From contig NC_068992.1 in assembly GCF_001194135.2 (NCBI RefSeq), forward strand, positions 52,885,883 through 52,949,882: a stretch of DNA of 64,000 nucleotides. The letters are read 5' to 3'. The notes under the pieces are model-generated. The model was not told the origin of the DNA and did not search any database. It worked only from the letters and a program-made list of their open reading frames with translations. The DNA is from Octopus bimaculoides (lineage: Eukaryota). The translations under genes and the position numbers were made by a program. Positions within the stretch are counted from its first letter, which is position 1. The number at the start of each line of letters is the position of its first letter. This document shows, piece after piece, positions 1 to 13,268 of the stretch.

Positions 1-46
1 TATATATATATATATATATGTATATGTATGTATATATATATGTGTG

Positions 47-77
<31 letters not shown>

Positions 78-258
78 ATGTGTGTGTGTGTGTCTGGTGT
101 TTACGTCCCCATAACTTAGCGGTTCGGCAAAAGGGACCGATCGAATAAGTACTAGGCTTACAAAGAATAAGTCCTGGGGTCGATTTGCTCGACTAAAGGC
201 GGTGCTCCAGCATGGCCGCAGTCAAATGACTAAAACAAGTAAAAGAGTAAAAGAGTAA
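1..258 (+). mobile_element. SINE family A, 3' half (microsatellite core plus tail)
   Basis: From about position 92, GTTTACGTCCCC..CTTAGCGGTTCGGCAAAAG..GAATAAGTCCTGGGGTCGATTTGCTCGACTAAAGGCGGTGCTCCAGCATGGCCGCAGTC..GTAAAAGAGTAAAAGAG is near-identical to the 3' part of the copies at 10929 and 53908. Confidence 0.85.
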
Positions 259-722
259 ACAGTTAAAAATACATATATAAATAATATATAGAGTGTGTAT
301 GCATGTGTACATATACTGCATATCTATCAGTTTGTTTGCTTGTCTGTCTATCTAGATGTTTGAGGCGGGGTGTATTAAACTCTGAATGACTGTACGCTTA
401 TTTCACGTGTGTTTATGCACTCACCGGTGATTTTTTCTTTCTACAATATTTCCCTAGATATTAAAAAGTAAAATTCTTATAATTTCATCTCAGCATTTAT
501 GTAGAATGCTATCATAAGTATGGAGGTGTGTATGTAAGTGCATATACACATACATGCAGACAAACATATAGATCGATAGATTTCTAGAATAATATATAGA
601 GAGAGAGAAAGATAGGGAGAGGGATGAATTGATATGCATTCATTCACTCTCATATATTTGTGTGTATATATGTTCGTGTGTTTGTTTATGTCTGTATGTA
701 TCTATAAATGTATGTATGTATC

Positions 723-756
<34 letters not shown>

Positions 757-1654
757 TGTATGTATGTATGTATGTATGTAGGTATATATTTGTTTTAAAA
801 CTATGTTTATACACGTAGGTACAAATGTGTTTAACGTGGGACGGATATTATATGTGACATTTCGTTATCGAGTAAGTTGAGTATTTGGAGTGGAAATAAC
901 AGTGCCACCGGGTAAGTATCGTTGAAGTAGTTTCCAAGAAACAAAAGTGAATACTGTTCTAAAGTTTCTGTTTTACTTACGTCTCACTGAGTCTCAATTT
1001 AGATCCAACGGAGAGATTCAATTATATTTAGTTACGATTGAATAAATCGCAACCGACCAAACATTATACGCCACAAAGGATTGTTTAATTTCTTTTTTAT
1101 CTACTTGGATTTTATAAAACAGGAAATAATATCAGTATCACATAGCAGTTATTATTTTATGAATATTTACTGTCAAAATGGAATTTACATGGAATGCTGT
1201 AAATCCTTATGGGAAAACTTTCATTATAGTATTATATAATATCTTGGAAAAAAAATTAATATATACGATATGTAGTCTTATGTCAATATATTATTCACTG
1301 ACATGGAAAAATTCTCGATGGAATCAATACTGCACTGAAATTAAAAAGAAAGAAATGTCGTTCTTGTACAACTAATTATTCTCTGAGTTGTATTAGAACC
1401 TAACATATTGTGTTTGAAATTGTCGACTGTTCTACAGAATAGAATGAATAGAAACAAAATCATTTTGAATGAAAGAATGCATGCATATATACATACATAC
1501 ATGCATACATACACGAACACTGACACGCACACATACACACATACACGCACATACACACATATATATATGTATATATTACATGTTACCAAAGTGGAGTTGC
1601 CACATAGAAATATATATGGGTATGTCAATGTCTGTGCATGTATGTGTATGTGAA

Positions 1655-1702
<48 letters not shown>

Positions 1703-2027
1703 TGTATCTTTTTGTGGCAAGGTGATTTGTTTGCATGAGACCTCAGTTCCAAGACCATTGCTTGACAAATGAAGCGAGAGTTTTCTAGTATAATCCAATG
1801 CAAACTAATGCCATTGAATTTGCTAAATAATTCAACGGTACTCTTTTAGTTTTTATGGCAATTTCGCGGTAGGAATTCTTATATTTGTGTGTGTGCATAA
1901 CTGTACGCAAATGTGAATGAAAGTGATATATGCAGAAACACACATTTGCGCACATACGCACACACATAAACACACAAACGCACACACAAACACATACACA
2001 CACACACAAACAAGCATATATGCAGAA

Positions 2028-2079
<52 letters not shown>

Positions 2080-3267
2080 GCAGATTGATGGACAGACAGA
2101 CATATATGTATATGGATTACAAATACCAGTAATAGAAAATACTAACACAGTCAATTTCCGAGCTATGCTTTTTGAATAGAGAAAATAAGCTGGCTTATAT
2201 TCGTTATTCAGAGATCAAATTTTAATAGTAATATTTCATATTTATCTTAGGACACACACCAACTGGACAAAACACCAGTCAATTTTTAATCGTTCTTAAT
2301 TTTGTTTTTACACATCTTTTCCACTAGTAATGGTTACACTTCGAAAATTCTCCTCGAGTGTGATTCGTGAGCAAATAGAAAATGAATTCTAATTTTAAGG
2401 AATACTAACTGTAGTCGTAAGTCACCCATATAATTCAACCATGGTTATATTTCATAAAGTCCCTGCGACCAGAAAGGATGACCGGCACATGATATCTTTA
2501 GTATTCCTCTTCCATGTTTTCGAGATACCTGCATTTAAGAATTTCATGCTTTCGAAGATTAATGACAGTATCTTGAACGAGAAAAACAGCGTATAAAATT
2601 CTCTGGCCGCTAAATACTTTCTCAGAGGAGTTGACAGCGTGTATGTCTTATTTTCCATTTACTCGTGAAGCAGTAAATGATGCAGACACATGCTAGAAGC
2701 ACCAGTGATTGTTACAGTCGGCTGGATTTGGAGACTGCAGCACATGTAGACTGATATGCATCAATGCCAGAGTTAAGCGGGATCTCATAGTGCAAAGGAT
2801 CCGAAATTTCACAGAAAAAAGTACTCGTACATAGGTTCTACGTTTTGCCTTTCAGAGATAGTGCACACAACAGAATCACGAAATCGAGCGGTGTTTGTCT
2901 TAAACAGAAGTATGGTATACTAGCCAACGAAATTTTTCCTTTCTCCTTTGCACTATGACTGATCTTTCACTAACGATATCTAAGCATAAATTAAGATAGT
3001 TGGCAGATCTCCAAACAAGCAAGCAGTATGGATTAACACTTTGCAATATGGAGAGCATTTTAACCAAATGCTCTAGGGCACTCAATAAAAGATGAAGTAA
3101 ATTTACAAGATACCTTTGGAAATCGTCAATGCATCGAACGATCCGAGAGTACAGTTCAAAAATCAACATGACAAAATGTACAATTTTGAAATGGCGAAAC
3201 AGCTGAAACAATGAGGTGTGTGTTGGAGATCGAGAAGAGTTTCCAAAATTAGTTTAGCATTACTCAC

Positions 3268-3291
3268 CATCAAGAGGAGAAATTGTAATAT
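3268..3291 (-). other. Candidate 24-nt microexon (DITISPLD), unverified
   Basis: Minus strand reads catacttacag|ATATTACAATTTCTCCTCTTGATG|gtgagtaa. Splice sites are canonical and the phase 1-1 frame is open. No host gene identified. Confidence 0.2.
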
Positions 3292-3646
3292 CTGTAAGTA
3301 TGTACTGTATTTTACCTTAGACAAAATAGCTCTGATATTTATTTTCCCTATATATAAACACACGCACATGCACGCACATGTATGTGTGTATGTGTATATA
3401 TAAGTGTATGAGTTTCAAATTATACTAAACTCTATTCTACATATTACGAACATTACCACATATAGAACGCAATAGATTGGGAAGAGTTGAAAGATGTTTT
3501 CGTTATAGTAAGGTTTGATAGTGTAATTGGAGTTTCGATCGGATTTAGAGTTCGAAGGCTATCACCCTCAATGAAGTACAAAACTGTTAGTTTTTAGCAT
3601 GATAAACGCACACATAATCATTTGTGTGTGTGTGTGTGTGTGTGTC

Positions 3647-3678
<32 letters not shown>

Positions 3679-4147
3679 TGTGTTTACATATACATGCAGT
3701 TATATGCACTAATTGCATTACCATCTCAAACATTAATAACCTGCCATATTGAATGTGAAATTACGGTGTCAAATAACTGGTAAATATTATTTCTATTATA
3801 CAATTGTATTGTATGTGTATAAAAGGTTTTCCAGTCATCAGTGTATTCCTTTCTCTCTGTGCGGTCCTTCAAGCAAATAACATCTGTTCAAAGGGAGTTC
3901 TGTCTAAAGAACAGCTAGTCGTCGAAATAGAACACCGTTATTATGTATGACTGAAGACTAAATTTATATTTCTTTCCAAGTTATATTATTATAATTTCTT
4001 CCGTTCTATGTTAATGCCATGTGCAATGGCGGTAACGAACTCAACAACGTGGCTTTGACGTAATTTTTACTCAGGTTGAAATGGTATTTTTCTCCGATAT
4101 TCACAAAAATCTACAGATTGAAAATTATATATGGAAATGATAGCATG

Positions 4148-4318
4148 GATTTCGACCATACCTAAAGAACTACTTCACTGGTAATTTATTTTATGAGTTG
4201 CAGTAGAATTAGTCAAATTTGGCGTCGGTGATACTTGAACTCAGAACATTAAAAGTCATAAGTAAATGTCGCAATGTATTATAACAAGCGATCTAACGCT
4301 CCTGCCAATCCCCTGCCC
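4148..4318 (-). mobile_element. SINE family B, highly diverged copy
   Basis: TTGAACTCAGAAC and CTAACGCTCCTGCCAA resemble the reverse complement of the family B head at 6386. Confidence 0.5.
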
Positions 4319-6385
4319 TCTACTGATTTCTATCACTGAGCGACTCTCTGGGAGAATCAGCATGTTTTGAACTCAAGCTTAAGACCATGATTTTGGGTCT
4401 TATGTTATCGATTCCAACACTTCACAGCTAAAATACTTTTATCGGTTGTGATATGTTAGGGAGCGTGCTGATCTCAGCAGTACTTGTATACAGAAAATGT
4501 GTATGAGAATAAAGCACAAAGAATTTTGCCCGAGGCTCGAGTCTTGCGAGTAATCAACTATTATCTATGACAATTATAAATTTACAATTAAGTTAGAGCA
4601 GATTGATTAAGAGTGCACCTACATTTGCGCTTTCACTGTGTTTATCATACATAAACTCAGTATTACCGGAGCAAATACATGATGCAAAAACAATCCAAGC
4701 TCGGCGATCCCATCTAATTTTCACATGCATTGAACCTAAAATTATGTTAAAAAATGCCATCCTTCTTTTTGCTTAAAATGTCATAGCTTAAATTGAAGGA
4801 ACTTTCAATATTCTTTCTAGAATGTTGAACAACTATGCTGAAGCTCCGTTCATGCATACCAGTATAACGTGAATTTTCGACAAAGATGCTTTAAGAGAAC
4901 AAATAACCGATATTTCCCATGATGCTAGCTGAAACAAAACAAAGTAAAACAAATAATTTTTAATAAAATTTAATTAAAGAATAAACAAAAATAATAACAA
5001 CAAAGATATTTCAAATTCCTAATGGTATCAATTCATAACAAATTCATATCACTGACAAAATGAATTTCAATGTGACTGTAAAAGATAAACACACTTGTGA
5101 GCATTTACGGAAACATTAAAACTGAATTGATAAAATTCCATTGCTGTACTACTACCGTATTACGTGCATATAAGTGAACGTTCTGCGGTATTTTATAGGT
5201 CTTGTTTTTTTTTCAGCTATTTATAGTTTGTTTTTTTACCCTTATCTACAAAATTTGCCCATATTTTCCCTAAACAGCAAAAGATAATAATTATAATGTG
5301 TTAATCTCCAGCTGTATTTACAGTACTACCGGATGACTAAGTTTGCCACGTAACCGTGAGATATTTTGTTCGATCATCAGTGCGTATCTTCTAGACAAAT
5401 ACTATTTTCTGTAGACACTAGTTGAGCCATAACTTGATACTGAAATTGAATGTACAGGAACTGTATAGAATGCCACCTGGTAGCTTGTGCCTGAACAAGG
5501 AAAGGTACTGCCTCATCGCAAACTTCCATCTGAATTAATAAATGTTTAAAGGTCCTTATCGTATTTTAATCATTGAAAACACATTTTTGAGAGATCATTA
5601 GAATATGAATAAGATGACTGAATATCAGGTCAAACAGAAATTTTATTTATGAGACCATTAATCCTGCTAGACATAGCAGTCAAATCTTAACGAGTTGTAA
5701 AGTAATTCGTTATTCCGGAAGTTAACTGCAGTCATTAGTCCAGAAGAAAAAAAAATGATAGTATTATTTTGGAATGGCGTTTTAACATAATTCCTTCTGA
5801 TCAATCAGGCATGACCTTCAGCTACACGACAATAAAACCCCTAATCAAATATCAAACCAATTAAGTATTTCTTAGAATATCGCAATAAGTCGATTTGCTT
5901 TGAGGAGTTAAAAATGTCTAATACCTTCGAAAAGTGTGGATAATGATGTTACGACTTCTGTCACTGACTATCAAACTCGTTTATGTCATTCTTAACTTTA
6001 CGCTTTGGAATCCAGTAGTAATATATTGATTGCGGTGAATTTCAAATATATTTAACCAATTTCGACACCAACAAATCATTCATATTAATGGACAAATATT
6101 AGTAATATTTAGAGTAAGTCAGTATAACGAAGTCAAAATATCGCAGTGAATGACAAAGTGGCATTTGTGTATTTAATGCTAATGATATTATCCTTCACAA
6201 CACAAGCACTATGATCAGCATTCTTACCAATTAAACGAACTAAATCATGGGTAAACGAATTACGGCATTTGAAGATATTTCTTCGTCTGAGTAATTCTTT
6301 CATAGACCTGAAGATCAGAGCCAGAAACTGGATATCAATGACTGAAATCTCCATGGATATTTCATGATATAGAGGCAGTCTTAAA

Positions 6386-6600
6386 GCGGCGAGCTGGCAG
6401 AATCGTTAACATGCCGGGCAAAATGCTTAGCGGCATTTCGCCTGCCTTTACGTTCTGAGTTCTAATGCCGCCGCAGTCGATTTTTCTTTTTATCATTTCG
6501 GATTCGATAAATTAAGTACCAGTGAAACACTGGGGTCGGTGTAATCGTCTGGCCCCCTCCCTAACATTTCAGGCATTGTGACTATAATAGAAAGGATATT
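6386..6600 (+). mobile_element. SINE family B (tRNA-like head), near full length
   Basis: GCGGCGAGCTGGCAGAATCGTTAAC..CCGGGCAAAATGCTTAGCGGCATTTCG..GTTCTGAGTTCTAA carries A-box and B-box-like motifs. The same head recurs at 8108 (-), 15192 and 58203. Confidence 0.85.
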
Positions 6601-7020
6601 GAGGCGATCTTACTTTAATTAGATAGTATGTTTAAAACTGAAGTTAAACACAAAAGCACACATACGTACATGAACGATTAAACCTTCTTCAGACAGGAAT
6701 AACTTCATCTTGAGGCTTGTTATAGCATGAAAGTATTATCAAAACAACGCAGTATAGCCTAGGATTCATAGGCTCACAACCTTTCAGTAATTTGCCAAAA
6801 AAGAAAAAAAAACGCCCTGAGAGATGTACCAGGTGCGCATGCGCTCAAAAGGAAGAAGTAAATTTGGACAGACTCTAGGTTTTCTTTGTATATATTAAAT
6901 CAGGAAAGGAAAGAAAAATGAGCTTAAAACCCTCTCTTGTTGAGAATTCTAGAATTAATTTTCATGCGCTTGTTTAGATTTGGATTTCAGTTCGAGTTAA
7001 AATTCAAATTTGACACTAGT

Positions 7021-7226
7021 TGACAGCCGGTGTTGGTATGTTTACGTCCCCTTAACTTAGCAGTTCGGCAAAATATACCGATGCAATAAATACCAGGCTT
7101 AAAGTACAAGAAAAAATTACCTGGGTCGATTCATTTGTAGTACCTGGGTCGATTCAAATTGTTGAAGGCGTTACCCCAGCGTGGCCGCATTTTAATAAGG
7201 ACTAAGACGAGTAAAAGAATCGAAGA
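7021..7226 (+). mobile_element. SINE family A, diverged 3' part with an internal 16-bp duplication
   Basis: GTTTACGTCCCCTTAACTTAGCAGTTCGGCAAAA matches family A. TACCTGGGTCGATTCA occurs twice. Confidence 0.75.
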
Positions 7227-8014
7227 AAAGATTACGAACTCCAATTATTGATATATGAATGGGAGCATATATGAACTTTAATTATAATCATGTTTATCAT
7301 TCGTCGCCTTCAAAATTCTTAGTCGCATCATCACCACAGTTGCTACGACAAATGCCCGTCTTCTTCTTAGCCTCCTCTCCATCCCCATTATCAATGTCAT
7401 CATTATCGTCATCATTGCCGTTAACATTCTTAAAATCGTAGGAGTTTTGTTGAAGAATTCTAGAAAAATAATAATAAACGCTTCTGAATAACTATCAAAT
7501 ATCTTTTAAAATTCGACTTAACTAATTGCTAAAGCAAGTCTAAAATTCTATTTATTAAAATTTAATTTGACATTAACATTTTACCACAAATATAATTAAC
7601 TAAGATGGAATTTAGTAATTATCAGTGTCGTAACGAGAAGGTATAGTTATTGCATCGCTAGCGTTATTGTGAGTAACGTATAATAAATGAAATGTTATGA
7701 GAAAAACCAGATATCATTTCTAGGGGGCCATTCAGTCAGCAATGTATCGCCCAAATCTTACCTTAACCTCTGGTAATAGAATGAGTAATTGATTAATGTG
7801 CACAGTGATTAATGCATTACTTGAAATAACAGTTGAAATGTATAATATAGTTCCCAAATTTGGGAACTGGCATAGGCTTACAGAAAGATTAAAAAAAACA
7901 GATGAACAAAGAATACATTTTGTTAAGGCGATGATTGAGTTACTCATTCGATCGATTTGTTTACTGTTTAGTCGGAAAGACACCTTATGCATACATACAT
8001 ACATACATACATAC

Positions 8015-8058
<44 letters not shown>

Positions 8059-8059
8059 A

Positions 8060-8107
<48 letters not shown>

Positions 8108-8108
<1 letters not shown>

Positions 8109-8191
8109 AAGTTGACCCCAGCAGAATTTGAACTCAGAACGTAACGACGGGCGAAATACCGCTAAGCACTTTGCACGGATGCTAACAATTC
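8108..8191 (-). mobile_element. SINE family B 5' fragment
   Basis: GAATTTGAACTCAGAACGTAACG..GCGAAATACCGCTAAGCA is the reverse complement of the family B head. Confidence 0.8.
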
Positions 8192-8592
8192 TTATTTTTG
8201 TTATTGCCCATAAGGGGCTAAACATAGAGAGGACGATCTGTAATCCTAAACCGGCCAGCCTAGTCAAGAGTCGTGCTGCCGAACTCCAAATCACGGCTAT
8301 TCATTGGAGAGCGACCATCTAAGATTCGCCGTCAATGTGTCACTTCCAGCTTCCTAAACCTGCCTCTGGCGCCCGCGATACCATCGTCATTGGGCTTTTT
8401 TTTCTTCTTGAAACTCAAACAGTAGAAAGTCGAAGTGAGTCGCTGAGTAAATTATTTGAGGTGACCGTGGCTTCGCAACGGCCACGCGTGTGCACTTGGC
8501 CAGGAACTTCTCCAATGCGGCACAAAAATTGAAACGTGGAGTCTTGTTGAGGCTGGTTGGAGCGAGGTGCCGGAGTATAACTGCCTTTGTCA
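8192..8592 (-). mobile_element. GC-rich retroelement-like fragment with an A-rich 3' tail (possibly L1/Tx1), running into a gap
   Basis: The segment is much more GC-rich than its surroundings. The minus strand ends TTTAGCCCCTTATGGGCAATAACAAAAATAAGAA and has an open stretch ..LEKFLAKCTRVAVAKPRSP... The family assignment is inference only. Confidence 0.4.
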
Positions 8593-10928
8593 NNNNNNNN
8601 NNNNNNNNNNNNNNNNNNNNNNNNNNNNNNNNNNNNNNNNNNNNNNNNNNNNNNNNNNNNNNNNNNNNNNNNNNNNNNNNNNNNNNNNNNNNNNNNNNNN
8701 NNNNNNNNNNNNNNNNNNNNNNNNNNNNNNNNNNNNNNNNNNNNNNNNNNNNNNNNNNNNNNNNNNNNNNNNNNNTATATATATATATATATAAAGACAT
8801 ATAATAATAAATTATATATCTGGAAATTCACTTACCTTGACATTGTGCGTTAGTAATAAGTTGTACCAATTACTTCCTCACTAGCTCTGATATATCAAAC
8901 ACTCACGAATATATTACTCTGTATGCTATTCATATATCCAAGTTTATAATATTAAATCAAATAATATATGCTGAAAGTTATACTGATTACTAGATCAAAT
9001 AATTTCAGAAGCCAGTCTTTAATATTATATTTTCTGCTGTATGCACGCTTGATAAAACAGATATTTATCAAATCAATCTCTTAATATAGTGGGTTTATAG
9101 GTCACATAAAAATAAACATGAACAGAATAAGCTAAGCCTTTGTTATATGAAGGAAACGCATTTATATAGTACCCAATGAAAAAAGAACAAAACAAATAGT
9201 ATCCATAAATTGTTTCATAAACATAATTCGAAAGATGGATGAGATTTCAGGACTTTATATGTAGCATACTTTTATAAATTTACAAGAAGTAAAGATATTC
9301 ATAAGTTTCAGCATACATGCACAAACTACATGCTAAACATTAATTAATTAACTGCTTTCATGGTCTTAATTGTAAGAGCGAAGATGTCTTGCAAACAACT
9401 CGCACATGCAATTGTTATAAGTCGAGAACTTCGCATACCGGAATCCAGCAAGTTTGAAATTAGCAAATAGGCAAGAAATTACTTGAATGGGGCAGATTCG
9501 ATTATCACCGAGCCCCAAAGGAATGAAGGAGAGAAAAGTTGATCAGTGTGAAAGAAAAGTTAACACCAAATATAATTTCATCGTTAAACGATTTGCTTCA
9601 CAATACATACATACATGCATACATACATGCATACATGTGTGCGCGCGTGTGTGTATGTATGTATATATATACGTATATATGTGTGTCTATATATAAGCTT
9701 ATATATATGTATACATATTTAGATGTGTATATGTGTGCATATGCGTCTGTATGTGTGTGTGTTTTGTGTCTTTTGTGTTGCGGAGCGTATACTGGTGAAA
9801 GCTTGCAAAATTTTTGCAGTGAAGAAAATGAAATATAACGAGCATATCCTTCCATCACATTTGTCAAACTCGCATATCATTCAAAAATTAGGCCTAAAGT
9901 GGAAAAGAGAGACCTAATCGACTAATACTTCTTAGTGTTATCTTATATACGTATAAAACAAGAAAAAAACATAAAACAACATATTCCAGTTCCTCAAAGC
10001 AAGTGGTATGTCTTAAGCGGACGCAACCAGACCAGCGATTATTTGTATTCATGTAGTGTTATTTTTTTTCTATTCACAATAAGATTTGTTTAAACAAATT
10101 AGCTTGTTATTTCTTGCAGATTAAATTGAAAGAAACAAAAAAGACTATCATGCTCTTGAATTGTATGTCTGCATTGCAAATTAGAGTGTGATTCTGAAGG
10201 ATAGTACTACAATACTAATGTAAGAGCAATGATCAATCTAATTCCTTTAAGAAACTGACATGTACGAGTACTATTCCATTTCATTGCTATATCACTAACT
10301 TAATTTACCAACTACTCTGATATGAGAAATGAATGACAAAAGCTGTGAATAATTTAGTACAAGTTTAGCAACTGATTGTCAATAAATTTGAAATTGAAGT
10401 TGTAGATTTGTACGGAGCAGTCAACCTTGTACCATTTGATATTCCTCTATAAAATAGTTTTTATCACTTATGCTGCAAATCTACTCTCATATAAAGTAGA
10501 ATAATTTCAATTGAAAATTGTTTTCATAACTAAACGGAGAAAAATATCGTCTTAAAATATATACAATTAAATGCGTTAATTCGTTTTACATGAAAGAAAA
10601 TTATTGCCCAAACTACTATATGTTTATAACGAAATCTAATCTCAGTATTCAATATTTTAATAATTGTGATTCACTTTTATAATAGCCGATAACAATTTTT
10701 AAACTGCAATATTCCAAATGTGTTCAAGTAGACGCTATACTATATAATGGTAGCCTTAAAGCTATATTTGCCAATTTAATATAGGAGCGATAGCATTTTT
10801 TAAAAGAAACAATGTGATTCAAGTGGGAAAATGCAATATATTGCACGTTTCATGTTTAATATTCTCCAAGTACTTTGTCCATTGTAATATGTAAATAAAC
10901 GAAGCAAAAGAAATACAAAAATGTATAT

Positions 10929-11337
10929 GCGTAGGAGTGGCTGTGTGGTAAGTAGCTTGCTTACAAACCACATGGTCCCGGGTTCAGTCCCACTGCGTGG
11001 CATCTTGGGCAAGTGCCTTCTACTATAGCCTCGGGCCGACCAATGCCTTGTGAGTGGATTTGGTAGACGGAAACTGAAAGAAGCCTGTCGTATATATGTA
11101 TATATATATATATGTATGTGCGTATGTGTTTGTATGTCTGTGTTTGTCCCCCCAACATCGCTTGACAACCGATGCTGGTGTGTTTATGTCCCCGTAACTT
11201 AGCGGTTCGGCAAAAGAGACCGAAAGAATAAGTACTAGGCTTCCAAAGAATAAGTCCTGGGGTCGATTTGCTCGACTAAAGGCGGTGCTCCAGCATGGCC
11301 ACAGTCAAAAGACTGAAACAAGTAAAAGAGTAAAATA
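10929..11337 (+). mobile_element. SINE family A, full length (tRNA-like head, central domain, microsatellite, tail)
   Basis: A-box-like TGGCTGTGTGG and B-box-like GGTTCAGTCCC, then TTGGGCAAGTG..., a (TA)/(TG) core and the conserved tail ending GTAAAAGAGTAAAA. Related pieces recur many times in the window. Confidence 0.92.
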
Positions 11338-13233
11338 GTATGCTAAATTTGAACTTTTGTGGCAGAATAGAATGCAATAATAACAACCCGTTTTGTACTT
11401 CAGCTGGGTCGCTTTTCAGTATTAGGCAAATTAGCCACTTAACTTGATATTCTAATATTGATAAAACATAACACTGAAATGACTGCATGAGGTTGGTGTT
11501 AATACCAACATCGATAATCTGTTGCATGATAATGATTTTATTAGATTGAAGTCTAGACTATCGTGTTAAAAACTTAAGACAACTTCTATCAAGCGAAAAC
11601 GAAATACATCTCAGAATGCTTAACATCAATAACATCAATACAGTTCAATGTTCTTCGTCCTCTTTTAGAATGCGGATGTGTGCAACATATATTTTGGAGA
11701 TTTGGATTGAGATACAATTTATTCGATGAATACGATTGTACTAATAAACTAATTTGGCATCTCCTGAATACCTACGATCGTTTTAATGGGTTGATCGATA
11801 AATTTTTGAATGACAATGATCAGGTGAACAGACAGATCTATTAATCTATTGAATAAAAGTAATCACGTGAATAAGCTGATATATATCTATTCATTGACAA
11901 CACACATAAAATGTCTGATCGATTATCACTGGAAAGACCATGATATTACCACATTGATCTATGATAAATTGATTAACCATGATCATGTTAACATACTAAT
12001 CATGACAAGCGATATAATTCTGTGACTTTAATCAGATAAACTAAAGTAATTGAAGCGCACCATTTAATTACAAATGAACAATTTAAGAACTAATATTTTC
12101 TTTTCTTATTATGGCGAACAAGGGGTGTCATCACTTATCTCTGTCCCCCTATTAGTACTATAATCAAATCTGATTCCCCCAAACATTTGATGCTTGCTAC
12201 ATGCATCCAGTGGCTAAGCGCTAGACTGTTTTATCCTTTTATCCTTTGCGCTGACCACATCCTTGAATTGGTAAATATCAAAATTTCAAAAATATAATAT
12301 TCTCTTTTTCAAATCAGAGTATACTTGAGTTTAAATTGTGGAACCAATTTCAATATTACAAGAGAAACTATGGATTTTGGAATTATACTCAGCGTTGCAT
12401 TGTTTATCTAATTGTTTGATGTGCTGCTTAGCGTTTGTCCGCGCTGTAACGACAGTAATAGCTGATATAAGGATTTTAAACATTTTCTAACTGTCTTAAT
12501 ATGCCACATATTGAAAATCAGAGATTTTCTGATTTTATCCAATTACTGAACATCATTGATACATTGTTACTGTATCTGACCGATTTCGGAAAGAGGCTAT
12601 CAAAGATCACAACGACGGGATTTAAACTCACAACGTAAAGACCCTTTAATAAATACAACAATGTATATTTTTTACGATTCTAACAATCCACTAATAAAGC
12701 ATAATACAATGGGAATAGAATCACTCGACATGGACAAAGAAAAACGTAGCAGCAGAATTGAACACATAGCTGTCTTCTAATTAGATAATTCCATTAATCT
12801 ACCTTCTATTTTTCTCAACCGAGTTAGACATCTCTTCAATGCAGCAGCCAGATTTAGTTCACATTGAAAATGATATCAGCGAATCAGCTTACTATTTGCT
12901 GAAGCAAACATAAATTAGATTTCTCAGATTCTACTGCTCTAATTTGTCATTACTTTGTAAAAGAAATACAGTAAACTAATTTCCATTTATATCTTTCGCA
13001 ATTGTCCACAACGAGGGTCAACAGATTGGTAGTATAACATATATACGTTATAAAGAGCTCTGATATTTTCATATAACAGAATATATCATAATGTAATGTA
13101 AATTGATTTTATTACATACGTTGTTGTTTTGCATTGAAAGAACAGTTGATCTTCACTCTAATATTTTCTCTTCAAACTAGTATATAGACTGAACGTCTAT
13201 ATATTAGATTATACATATGTATGCATGTGTATG

Positions 13234-13268
<35 letters not shown>

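Noticed and set aside
2850-3200. Weak RT-like phrases (FLLCTMTDLSLTISK, EYSSKINMTKCTIL)
   Set aside because: There is no YADD/FMDD motif and many stops; too degenerate to call without a profile search.
5405-5532. Minus-strand acceptor followed by DGSLR-TGA-GSTFPCSGTSYQVAFYTVP.., a possible selenocysteine read-through
   Set aside because: The context matches no selenoprotein motif I know, no SECIS is evident and there is no clear donor.
6228-6341. Minus-strand ORF MEISVIDIQ..DLVRLIG with acceptor and donor candidates
   Set aside because: No homology is recognised, and joining to the next strong acceptors (about 5532 and 4927) gives early stops.
10929-11000. tRNA-like A and B boxes in SINE heads
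   Set aside because: No complete cloverleaf forms and the boxes continue into SINE bodies, so they are not tRNA genes.
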